This document shows positions 24,316 to 32,000 of a DNA stretch of 32,000 nt, in pieces. The DNA is from an uncultured Nitrososphaerota archaeon (GTDB taxonomy: Archaea; Korarchaeota; Korarchaeia; Korarchaeales; Korarchaeaceae), in the NCBI GenBank assembly GCA_964480775.1, contig CAYZRF010000006.1, positions 49,471 to 81,470 of the forward strand. The letters are read 5' to 3'. Each line of letters begins with the position of its first letter. The first letter of the stretch is position 1. A program made the position numbers and the translations under genes. A model generated the notes under the pieces. That model saw only the letters and a list, made by a program, of their open reading frames with translations, searched no databases and had not been told where the DNA came from.

Positions 24316-24825
24316 ATGATTGATATTTACATACTAAGGTTTCCTCATGATGATCCAAAGAAGGCCACAGGTGCTAGGCTACTTAAAAGAAGGGTGGCTA
24401 AAGATGCCAAAAAGGTCCGACCAAGATCACCACTGGTTCTTAATCCAAAGGCTAGAACTTTGATCTCTCTAGAAGATAGGCCAATTGCCCAAAAAAGGGG
24501 ACTTTTAGCAGTTGATGCGTCGTGGAGAAGGATTGATGAGATTAAATGGCCAAAAGGTGTGCAAAGGGTTCTTCCCTTTCTCATAGCGGCAAACCCAATA
24601 AATTATGGTAAACCATTTAGATTATCAACAGCAGAAGCGATTGCCGCAGCATTGTACATTCTAGGATTCTTAGAGGAGGCTGAAAAAATCCTCAACGAGT
24701 TTAAATGGGGTTCAGAGTTTCTAAGGATAAATAAAAATAGGCTCGACGAATATGCTACAGCTAAGGATCCTAAGAAAATGAGAGAACTTGAAATCATAGC
24801 TATAAAAACGTTAATTGGTGAATAA
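24316..24825 (+). CDS. tsr3: Tsr3 (DUF367) 16S/18S rRNA aminocarboxypropyltransferase
   Basis: LRFPHDDPKKATGARL, LAVDASW and AANPINYGKPFRLSTAEAIAAALYILG are characteristic Tsr3 motifs. The 169-aa length fits. Confidence 0.85.
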   Translation: MIDIYILRFPHDDPKKATGARLLKRRVAKDAKKVRPRSPLVLNPKARTLISLEDRPIAQKRGLLAVDASWRRIDEIKWPKGVQRVLPFLIAANPINYGKPFRLSTAEAIAAALYILGFLEEAEKILNEFKWGSEFLRINKNRLDEYATAKDPKKMRELEIIAIKTLIGE

Positions 24826-24902
24826 AAGGAAAAAAATAAGGAGAACTCTTCTTTTCTGCCGCTCGAGAAGCTTTTTGGATATAGAGCTACCGTTCATACC
24901 TT

Positions 24903-26258
24903 TCAGTTAGATATTCCCTTCTCCTTCTCAATTTCTCCTATCTTCTCTTCCATAATATCTAATGCCTTCCAAATATATTCTTCGGGGATATTAAGTGGAG
25001 GAGCTATTCTAAGTGAGCTAACTCCTGCTGTAATCATAGCTACGCCACTCTTCCATGACCTGATCATGACCTCACTTGCTTCTTTCTTTGCTGGTTCGCC
25101 CGTTCTTCTATCTCTAACTAGTTCTACACCTATCATTAGACCCTTTCCTCTGAAATCACCTATTAACGGATGTTTCTCAGACATTTCTCCGAGTCTCCTC
25201 AAGATCTCATTGCCAAGTTTAGAAGCTCGCTCTAGCAATCCCTCCTCTTCTATAACGGAAATTGTTGCCAATGAAGCGGCGCAAGACACGGGATTTCCTC
25301 CAAAGGTCGAGGCATGGGATCCTCCAGGCCAAGACATAATTTCTTCAGTTGAGATCATGGCTCCAAGTGGAAATCCTCCTCCAAGAGCCTTAGCTGAAGC
25401 TATTATGTCTGGAACTATACCAAAGTGTTCTATGGCCCACCACTTGCCCGTTCTACCCATTCCTGCCTGCACTTCATCGGATATCAAAAGTATTCCGTGC
25501 TGATCAGCTAACTTCCTCAGCCCTGGAAAGAACGAATCTGGAGGAACTACATACCCTCCCTCTCCTTGAATGGGTTCAAACACAATAGCAGCAACCTCTT
25601 CTGGCGGAATAAATTTGTTGAAAATGTAATCTTCAATATAAGCTAGACAGCGCTGACTCACTTCTTCAGGATCCTTTGTTCCAAAGGGATTTCTATATGG
25701 ATTTGGATAAGGAACATGTATTATGCCAGGAAGCAAAGGAGAAAATCCTGCTCTTTGAACGGGTTTGCTAGACGTAAGACTTAATGATCCAAAGGTTCTA
25801 CCATGAAAGCCGCCTATAAATGCAATAATATATTGTCTCTTTGTGTACCATCTAGCAAGCTTAAGAGCAGCTTCAACTGCCTCGGTACCACTATTGCCAA
25901 AGTAAACCTTCTTTTTCTTTTCTCCAGGAACTATCTGGACGAGTTTTTCAGCCAACATGACAGAAGTATCATAATAAAAGTCCGTATTTGAGTAATGAAC
26001 GAACCTCTCCAATTGCTTTTTGACAGCTTCCATTACTTTCGGATGGTTGTGTCCTACATTCATAACTGCAAGCCCCGAATTTAAATCAATGTATCTGTTC
26101 CCATCAACATCTACAATCACAGAACCCTTAGCTCTATCTACGACCAGCGGATAAAATCTGACATATGACGACGATATTACGGATGAATCTCTCTCAAGCA
26201 ACATCCTAGCTTTTGGACCGGGTGGTTCTACAACAATCTTAGGGACTTCTTCCACCAT
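24903..26258 (-). CDS. class III PLP-dependent aminotransferase (GabT/ornithine aminotransferase-like)
   Basis: GNSGTEAVEAALKLAR, DEVQAGMGRTGKWWA and the N-terminal EPPGPKA motif. The ATG at 26258 is preceded by AGAGGTG. The track start at GTG 26264 lies inside that SD. Confidence 0.9.
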   Translation of the reverse strand: MVEEVPKIVVEPPGPKARMLLERDSSVISSSYVRFYPLVVDRAKGSVIVDVDGNRYIDLNSGLAVMNVGHNHPKVMEAVKKQLERFVHYSNTDFYYDTSVMLAEKLVQIVPGEKKKKVYFGNSGTEAVEAALKLARWYTKRQYIIAFIGGFHGRTFGSLSLTSSKPVQRAGFSPLLPGIIHVPYPNPYRNPFGTKDPEEVSQRCLAYIEDYIFNKFIPPEEVAAIVFEPIQGEGGYVVPPDSFFPGLRKLADQHGILLISDEVQAGMGRTGKWWAIEHFGIVPDIIASAKALGGGFPLGAMISTEEIMSWPGGSHASTFGGNPVSCAASLATISVIEEEGLLERASKLGNEILRRLGEMSEKHPLIGDFRGKGLMIGVELVRDRRTGEPAKKEASEVMIRSWKSGVAMITAGVSSLRIAPPLNIPEEYIWKALDIMEEKIGEIEKEKGISN

Positions 26259-26389
26259 AGGCACCTCTTTGTTTGATCATTGAAATGTTAAAGAGTTTAT
26301 CTCTTTGTCGATATGTCACCCAAAGTCTATTTAGTAATTCCTAAAAATATCGCGTGAAGAAGTGCAGCCAGTCCATTGAGGTGGTAGTA

Positions 26390-26620
26390 ATGAATTCAGA
26401 CATTGATCTAATAACTACAAGACTACTGAGGGAGGGATTTATCGTCCGAAAATCTCCTGAAAGAGTAGAAGCTAACAAAAAAGACATGAAACTTGTGCTA
26501 TACTTAAAGCTTGGAGGTTTCTTGCTTATAAGATACGATGGAAACCGGGTTTCTGGTAAAGCATATGGCTCATTCTCAGATCCCAATGATATTTTCAAGT
26601 TTATAGAGGAACCTCCCTAA
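26390..26620 (+). CDS. small hypothetical protein (76 aa)
   Basis: The ATG at 26390 is preceded by GAGGTGG 7 nt upstream. Composition is balanced. The opposing ORF 26341..26598 is Ser/Leu/Phe-rich. The track start is the GTG at 26354. Confidence 0.45.
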   Translation: MNSDIDLITTRLLREGFIVRKSPERVEANKKDMKLVLYLKLGGFLLIRYDGNRVSGKAYGSFSDPNDIFKFIEEPP

Positions 26621-26699
26621 CCCCACCCATCTTTTTATTTAAATCTCCAAAAATATTAGTGAAAATACAATCACAAAAATCTAAAGGGAGGGATTGCAA

Positions 26700-27782
26700 A
26701 TGCCCAAGGTTAAGGTTGCCCTGGCAGGTATAGGTAACGTCGCTTCGGCTGTAGTTCAGGGAGTTTTCTATTATGCGGATGCTCCTGATGATGAAGTCGT
26801 ACCAGGTTTAATGCATACAAGGATAGGTCCATATCACATTTCAGATATAGAATTTGTTGCAGCATTCGATGTTGACGCAAGAAAAGTTGGAAAGGACTTA
26901 AGTGAGGCGATATTCTCACCACCAAACGTGCTGGCGAAATTCGCAGAGGTACCTAGACTTGGAGTAGAAGTAAAGAAAGGTCCAGTTCTGGATGGAGTTG
27001 CCCCTCACATGAAGAACTTCCAATATGGAGGGGGCTTCAAGGTAGATGACAGCCAGAAAGAAGTTGATGTCGTTCAAGAACTAAAGGATTCGGGGGCTGA
27101 TATGCTCGTAAACATAATACCCGTTGGATCTTATGAGGCCAGCCGGGCATACGCAAAAGCCTGTCTAGAAGCAAACATAGCATTTGTCAATGGAATTCCA
27201 GAGTTTATTGTCAGCGATCCAGTCTGGGGAAAGAAATTTGAGGAAAAGGGCATCCCTGCAGCGGGAGATGACTTCAAGAGCCAATTAGGTGCCACCATCC
27301 TTCACAGAACTTTAGCTCAACTTTTCATGGACAGGGGAATTAGAGTAAAATCAACATATCAACTGAATATAGGGGGGAATACTGACTTTCTGAACATGAT
27401 AGAGGAATCTCGGCTCAAAACTAAGAGAAAAAGCAAGACAGAGGCCGTTACAACTATGTTCCCATACGAGGTAAAGGCAAGAATTGGTCCTAGCGACTAT
27501 GTTCCTCACCTCGGGGATGTGAAGATAGCATATATACACATCCAAGGAGAACAGTTTGGAGGCTTTCCGTTAACTATCGACGTTAAACTGAGCGTAATGG
27601 ATTCTCCAAACGCTGCTGGGGTGGCAATAGATGTTATAAGACTGGTAAAACTAGCTATAGACAGAAAACTTGCAGGACCCCTACTTCCAATAAGCGCGTA
27701 CTTCTTCAAACATCCGCCAAAACAATACCCAGATACCGTAGCTAAAGAGATGATAGAAGCATTTATCAAAGGTGAAACTTAA
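26700..27782 (+). CDS. ino1: myo-inositol-1-phosphate (inositol-3-phosphate) synthase, archaeal type
   Basis: KVALAGIGNVASAVVQG Rossmann start and later GDDFKSQLGAT and NIGGNTDF motifs. The ATG at 26700 has GGGAGGG 7 nt upstream. The track start is the TTG at 26694. Confidence 0.9.
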   Translation: MPKVKVALAGIGNVASAVVQGVFYYADAPDDEVVPGLMHTRIGPYHISDIEFVAAFDVDARKVGKDLSEAIFSPPNVLAKFAEVPRLGVEVKKGPVLDGVAPHMKNFQYGGGFKVDDSQKEVDVVQELKDSGADMLVNIIPVGSYEASRAYAKACLEANIAFVNGIPEFIVSDPVWGKKFEEKGIPAAGDDFKSQLGATILHRTLAQLFMDRGIRVKSTYQLNIGGNTDFLNMIEESRLKTKRKSKTEAVTTMFPYEVKARIGPSDYVPHLGDVKIAYIHIQGEQFGGFPLTIDVKLSVMDSPNAAGVAIDVIRLVKLAIDRKLAGPLLPISAYFFKHPPKQYPDTVAKEMIEAFIKGET

Positions 27783-27944
27783 TTTTTTCATTTTAACAGA
27801 TCTTTCTCATTTTCTAACAAAAAGTTGCTGGAGCAATTCCTAACATTACTCCTTGAATGTTGTTTGAATCATTTCGCAAAGTTTCAAAATGAATCAACCA
27901 ACTTACTTTTAGATCTGTTTCATCATATTATGTCTTGAGGAATC

Positions 27945-28175
27945 ATGAAAAGTTTAACACAAATAAAGAAAAAATCCAATCCAAAGGGCACAATGATTTT
28001 TGAGTATGAGATCGAAGCCCCTATAGAACAAATACTCGGCAAGAGTCCTCTCTCAGAATTGTTTGAGAGCCTGTCGCAAGAATTAGATTTAGATCTGATT
28101 GACGCCAAGATAAGAATTGAGAGGAAAGGTAATAAGATAACAGTGAAGTCTCTGACAGTAAAAGGGTTCGTTTAA
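27945..28175 (+). CDS. small hypothetical protein (76 aa)
   Basis: ATG with GAGG 5 nt upstream. Charged, balanced composition. Its stop overlaps the convergent M20 gene stop. Confidence 0.4.
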   Translation: MKSLTQIKKKSNPKGTMIFEYEIEAPIEQILGKSPLSELFESLSQELDLDLIDAKIRIERKGNKITVKSLTVKGFV

Positions 28176-29332
28176 ACTTCTCTCAAGAGACCCTTGATGA
28201 ATTCCTTAAGCATAACTACATCTTTTAGATATACAAATTCGTTTCGTCCATGTATGTTGTTTTCCTTTCTCATGGCTCCAAGTGTTATGGTGGGTCTTCC
28301 TCTTTTTGAGAAGATGTAGCCATCATTTCCACCAAGCTCTCCACAAACTCTCTTATAGCCGAACAATTTCTCATACACTTTCAGAGCTTCTTTGACAAAC
28401 GGATGGTGTAAATCAGTAATCCAACCTTCATTTATGGGCTCCAATATTTCTACTCTTGCATTTAAACCAAATCTCTCTCTAATTGCCTCAAATTCACTCT
28501 TTAGTTCCATAATGGCTTTCTTAGGATCCTCTCCAGGAACAATCCTCATATCAAAACCAGCCCTCGCTTCTTTTGGAATAACGTTATGCTTACCTCCAGC
28601 TTGCAATATAGTTAATGTGAACCTACCCCATACCTTCGGAATTGGAGAGTTTGGAGGCGAATCCAGCTCTGAAAAAATCAAAGCTCTTTTTTCTGAAAAA
28701 TTCATAAGGCTAGAGCAAATGGAAATCAAACCATTAACTGGATTCATTGCCCTGTGAGGGTATCCGGCGTGCCCCTCTTTTCCCTCAACAACTATCCAAC
28801 CATGCACGACTCCGCTAGCACCAACACCCACGTATTCTATGTCTGCATCGGCTACCAACACTAGGTCTCCCATAATTCCTGCGGAAATCACCTCCAGTAT
28901 TCCTGTTCCACCCACCTCTTCATCTCCAGTTATGATGAGCAGGGGATTGTACTTCATCCTCTCGCCATTTAATTCGGCTATTGCCCAAATGGAAGCTACT
29001 ATTGCTGACTTGTCGTCAGCAGCCCCCCTTCCATAAAGCTTTCCGTTAATCTCAACCGGTTGAAAGGGATCAATCTCTTTTCCTTCTACGATCCAAGGAC
29101 CTTCTGCAGGAACCACATCATAATGGCTAACTATCGCTAGATCCTCTTTTGCTCCAGCATCTAGTCTAGCTACAACATTTGGTACTTTTTCTCCAACGAT
29201 TCTTGTCTCAAGTCCCAAACTCTTTAACTCTTTGAAAATTAAAGATGAAATTTCTTCATAATTCAGCTTCTTTGTTGCGTCTGTATTTAACGACACCAAC
29301 CTCCTAAGCAGATCAAGATAATAGTCTTTCAT
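28172..29332 (-). CDS. M20-family metallohydrolase (ArgE/DapE/LysK-like deacylase)
   Basis: VSHYDVVP, GRGAADDKSAI and GDEEVGG metal-ligand motifs are typical of M20 peptidases. I prefer the ATG at 29332; the track start is the TTG at 29335. Confidence 0.85.
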   Translation of the reverse strand: MKDYYLDLLRRLVSLNTDATKKLNYEEISSLIFKELKSLGLETRIVGEKVPNVVARLDAGAKEDLAIVSHYDVVPAEGPWIVEGKEIDPFQPVEINGKLYGRGAADDKSAIVASIWAIAELNGERMKYNPLLIITGDEEVGGTGILEVISAGIMGDLVLVADADIEYVGVGASGVVHGWIVVEGKEGHAGYPHRAMNPVNGLISICSSLMNFSEKRALIFSELDSPPNSPIPKVWGRFTLTILQAGGKHNVIPKEARAGFDMRIVPGEDPKKAIMELKSEFEAIRERFGLNARVEILEPINEGWITDLHHPFVKEALKVYEKLFGYKRVCGELGGNDGYIFSKRGRPTITLGAMRKENNIHGRNEFVYLKDVVMLKEFIKGLLREV

Positions 29333-29463
29333 CAATACAACGAAAGGGCTATCACCTAAATTTCTTTCCGAAGCAAACAGTCAGATATATCACTATTTTG
29401 AAATGCCCTCATGTTTAAAGAAGAGTTATAAAGTTATTCAAAAAGGAAATTCCAACCCTTTAC

Positions 29464-29474
29464 TTTTTATATAA
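29464..29474 (+). promoter_or_regulatory. TATA-box-like element TTTTTATATAA upstream of the LysW-like gene
   Basis: It lies about 40 nt upstream of the ATG at 29509. The SD-like GAGGT lies 5 nt upstream of that ATG. Confidence 0.45.
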
Positions 29475-29482
29475 CTAGTACC

Positions 29483-29494
29483 AGCCAATTGGCT
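29483..29494. promoter_or_regulatory. perfect 12-bp palindrome AGCCAATTGGCT between the TATA-like element and the start codon
   Basis: Self-complementary as read. It is positioned over the expected transcription start. Confidence 0.4.
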
Positions 29495-29508
29495 CCTTAG
29501 AGGTAAAC

Positions 29509-29730
29509 ATGCCCACTGTCTCATGTCCGGTATGTGGAGCCGATTTCGAGATAAACGAGAAAGAGTTTGAGGACGAAGTAGTCTGCCCTGAGTGCGGAGC
29601 ACTTCTCTACGTCCTAATTGAAGGTGGAGAACTAAGGAGCGTCGCAGAGATAGGGGAAGAAACCGAAGAGGAGGAATGGGAGGAAGAAGAGGAAGAAGAA
29701 TGGGATGAGTGGGAAGAAGAGGAGTGGTAG
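29509..29730 (+). CDS. LysW-like zinc-ribbon protein with a long acidic (E)nW-repeat tail
   Basis: CPVCG...n18...CPECG zinc ribbon with LysW-like spacing and sequence. The C-terminus is EETEEEEWEEEEEEEWDEWEEEEW. The gene has its own TATA-like element and SD. Confidence 0.65.
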   Translation: MPTVSCPVCGADFEINEKEFEDEVVCPECGALLYVLIEGGELRSVAEIGEETEEEEWEEEEEEEWDEWEEEEW

Positions 29731-29908
29731 GGAATCTGACATTGGGTAGGCTTTACTAAATCCTTCCCCTTCTTTCTCTTTAGGGTAAGGAGTTACATAT
29801 CAAAACACAAGTCCCTTCTTAGTTGTAATTCTAGTTTTTTGACAAAGTCACTAAAAAATGCTCATACCTTAAGTTTTGGAATACCTAAGGTAAAGTAGAG
29901 AAAGGGGA

Positions 29909-30505
29909 TTGTTGTCGATAGGGTATCGTTTACTCTACTCCTATGTTGATTCATTCCGATTGACAAAAGTCGCTCATTATAGCAGGTTATTACGAGTTAT
30001 CAGGTATCTACCTCCTCTAAGAACGGTAGTGGACATAGGGGCAGGATATGGCATTATCTCTGACCTAATTCACTTGGCAGTAGGGATTTTGTACTTGGTT
30101 GAAAAGAACCCAGTTCTCTTAGAGAAAATAAGAGGTAAAACGAATGGGTTTGAGAATGTTGAGACTATTTTGGCCGATGCCCTTGACCTGCCATTCACCG
30201 ATAATTTTGCAGATCTAGTTTATTTTCACGACTCATTTGACGAGATTTCTGACAAGGTCTTAGCCCTCCAAGAAGCAGAGAGGATAATTAAGCGGGGAGG
30301 GTATTTAGCCGTGTTAGATTGGGATAGAGGAAGGTTAATGACAAGGATAAAAGAGATACTGCTCCGAAGGATGGGATTCCCTGTCAATTGTTGGAACCTG
30401 AAGGAAATAACATCTGTCATTAAGGAAACAGGGCTAAGGATAATGGTAGCAAGATCAAATATAGATGGTAGCATGACTATACTTGCTAAAAAAGAAAAAT
30501 CATAA
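29909..30505 (+). CDS. class I SAM-dependent methyltransferase
   Basis: Motif I VVDIGAGYGIIS, an acidic post-I residue, and LDLPFTDNFADLVYF (motif II/III-like). TTG start. Confidence 0.7.
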   Translation: MLSIGYRLLYSYVDSFRLTKVAHYSRLLRVIRYLPPLRTVVDIGAGYGIISDLIHLAVGILYLVEKNPVLLEKIRGKTNGFENVETILADALDLPFTDNFADLVYFHDSFDEISDKVLALQEAERIIKRGGYLAVLDWDRGRLMTRIKEILLRRMGFPVNCWNLKEITSVIKETGLRIMVARSNIDGSMTILAKKEKS

Positions 30506-30520
30506 CCAACGAATAACTAC

Positions 30521-31564
30521 ATGATTAGTTTGAGCGAAGCAGAAACGACAAGAAAAACCCCGTTATACGACTCCGTTGGCGAAGATGTAATTTGCAAAGT
30601 ATGTGAGAGAAGATGTCGCATTTCACCTGGCCAAAAGGGCTTTTGCGGGACTAAAATGAACATAAATGGGGAGCTTTACACAGTTGTTTATGGAGACTTA
30701 AGCGCCATGGAGAGCAGACCAATAGAGATCAAACCCTTCTACCATTATTGGCCCGGTTCCTCCGCAATGACCATATCGACTTGGAGCTGTAACTTCCGCT
30801 GCCCTTGGTGTCAAAACTGGCATCTCTCTAGAAGATTACCGGATCCCTCGACAGCAACGTTCACACCTCCAGAATTCGTGATCGAGAGGGCAAACAGGGC
30901 TAAGGACAAAGGAATTTGCGTGAGTTCCAATAAACCCACCCTGCTGTTCGAATACAGCTTGGAGTTATTCAAACTTGCCAGAAAAGAAGGTATGTACTGT
31001 TGTTTTGTTTCTAACGGCTACATGACCGAAGAAGCTCTTAAAATGCTACATTCTGCTGGTATGGACGGCTTAAAGATAGATGTGAAAGGTGGAAAAGAAG
31101 CATACAGGAAAATCATTGGAGGCGCCGACTGGAGGATACCTTGGAGGAACGCAAAGCTTGCTTTGATGCTCGGAATTCATGTTGAAATAGTCTATCTAGT
31201 GGTTCCTGGTGTAAATGACTCGAAGGAAGATATAGCTTTGGCTGTGGATATACATCTGAGAGAACTTGGATCTGAAGTCCCGATACACTTTACACGTTAC
31301 TTTCCAGCTCACCTTTACACAAAACCGCCCACTCCCATAAAGAAATTAGAATATGCTAGGAATACGGCAATTGAGGCTGGAATTAACTTTGTCTACATAG
31401 GAAACGTGCCAGGACATGAGGGTGAGAACACATATTGTCCAGACTGTGGCAAGCTCTTGATAAGAAGATTTGGGCCTAGAGTTGTAAGATCTAATTTGAC
31501 AAACGAAATGACGTGCCCCGGATGTGGGAGGGAAATTCCCATTACGGGAGATCTAATGGCATGA
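30521..31564 (+). CDS. amrS: AmmeMemoRadiSam-system-type radical SAM enzyme (AmrS-like)
   Basis: N-terminal CKVCERRCRISPGQKGFCGTKMNINGELYTVVYG, the radical SAM motif CNFRCPWCQNW, and a C-terminal CPDCG...CPGCG zinc ribbon. Confidence 0.8.
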   Translation: MISLSEAETTRKTPLYDSVGEDVICKVCERRCRISPGQKGFCGTKMNINGELYTVVYGDLSAMESRPIEIKPFYHYWPGSSAMTISTWSCNFRCPWCQNWHLSRRLPDPSTATFTPPEFVIERANRAKDKGICVSSNKPTLLFEYSLELFKLARKEGMYCCFVSNGYMTEEALKMLHSAGMDGLKIDVKGGKEAYRKIIGGADWRIPWRNAKLALMLGIHVEIVYLVVPGVNDSKEDIALAVDIHLRELGSEVPIHFTRYFPAHLYTKPPTPIKKLEYARNTAIEAGINFVYIGNVPGHEGENTYCPDCGKLLIRRFGPRVVRSNLTNEMTCPGCGREIPITGDLMA

Positions 31565-31639
31565 GTGCATGGAAGAAAACTTTCATCAAATTCTTCTGTA
31601 AATCGTTAAATAGACCTAAAAGGAACGAATAATCAGATA

Positions 31640-32000
31640 ATGAGGAAGAAATTCACCAAGAAAGTAAAGGCAAGGCTTCCTTGGCTGGAACATGTCTCAG
31701 AATCACCAGCAATAGGGGAAATAATTCCAATATCTCACGAAAATCTAAAGTTAAGGGCTGGAAAGAACCTCTGTCTTCTCTGTAGGGGCTCAAAACTCCT
31801 TTGTGGGAAACCCACATGCCCAATCCTTACGAAAGCCAAGGTGTTCTCGAAGAAACTCAACCTGCTAGAATCCGAGCATATTGAGGGAAGTTCCCCTCCA
31901 GCAGTTTTCGTAGGAAGGGTAGGTTATCCATATGTGAGAGCAGGTCCACTAATCCCTCAGGAGCTTGGTGATACATCCTTGTACGACAGACCAGAGGCTT
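31640..32000 (+). CDS. nreA: NreA-like (archaeal Nre family, DUF650/651) protein, 3'-truncated by the window edge
   Basis: Not in the ORF track because it has no stop in the window. My translation from the ATG at 31640 has no stops through 32000. It gives CLLCRGSKLLCGKPTCPIL and SSPPAVFVGRVGYPYVRAGPL, which match the Nre N-terminal motifs as I recall them. Confidence 0.6.
   Translation, partial: MRKKFTKKVKARLPWLEHVSESPAIGEIIPISHENLKLRAGKNLCLLCRGSKLLCGKPTCPILTKAKVFSKKLNLLESEHIEGSSPPAVFVGRVGYPYVRAGPLIPQELGDTSLYDRPEA

Noticed and set aside
26341-26598. 85-aa minus-strand ORF opposite the small plus-strand ORF upstream of ino1.
   Set aside because: Its Ser/Leu/Phe-rich translation looks like a shadow. 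The plus-strand frame has an ATG with GAGGTGG at the right distance and a balanced composition. Neither frame has a recognisable family, so the plus call is itself only moderate.
27923-28108. 61-aa minus-strand ORF opposite the 27945..28175 small ORF.
   Set aside because: It has no SD-like motif and a poor composition. The plus-strand ORF has GAGG 5 nt upstream of its ATG.
29728-29739. Possible TAG read-through or frameshift that would restore a LysW-like ...WGE C-terminus (sequence tgg tag gga atc tga).
   Set aside because: Read-through would give W-X-G-I-stop, not WGE. No simple single-nucleotide shift regenerates EDWGE, so the terminal Trp is taken at face value.
1-32000. I looked for CRISPR arrays, IS elements, transposases, integrases, prophage or toxin-antitoxin/defence cassettes, and rRNA or other long structured RNAs.
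   Set aside because: No spaced direct repeat arrays, no terminal inverted repeats flanking ORFs, and no recognisable transposase, integrase or defence-protein motifs. The only GC-rich structured segments in intergenic DNA are the two tRNAs.

Overview
Compact archaeal chromosomal segment, moderately AT-rich by eye, with almost no non-coding DNA and many 4-nt start/stop overlaps. I call 33 protein-coding genes and 2 tRNAs. I saw no rRNA, CRISPR array, transposase or integrase. Most genes are housekeeping: Cdc48 AAA+ ATPase, ThrRS, TrpRS, mevalonate kinase, ThyX, dCTP deaminase, ADP-forming acetyl-CoA synthetase alpha subunit, Sulfolobus-type OB-fold SSB, RNase J-like nuclease, Trm5/Taw2-like methyltransferase, Tsr3, inositol-phosphate synthase, aminotransferases, an M20 hydrolase and two radical SAM enzymes. 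A 3'-truncated NreA-like gene at the right edge is absent from the ORF track. The SSB type, a tRNA-Trp with two introns, frequent TTG starts with strong Shine-Dalgarno motifs, and TATA-like promoters suggest a thermophilic TACK/Thermoproteota-like archaeon. The lineage cannot be fixed from this window. The best candidate for an undescribed system is a two-gene module at 12217-15182 (minus strand): a divergent FtsZ/tubulin-superfamily GTPase translationally coupled to a 593-aa coiled-coil protein with a winged-helix-like segment. Secondary items include a LysW-like zinc-ribbon protein with an unusually long (E)nW-repeat tail ending in Trp, near-perfect nucleotide repeats between the D1 and D2 AAA modules of cdc48, and a TrpRS carrying an Fe-S-type cysteine motif. 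Others are a membrane-anchored Rid-family protein lacking the catalytic Arg, a ThyX with a ~95-aa insertion, and a tightly coupled wHTH / thioredoxin-fold / GGR-like flavoprotein operon.
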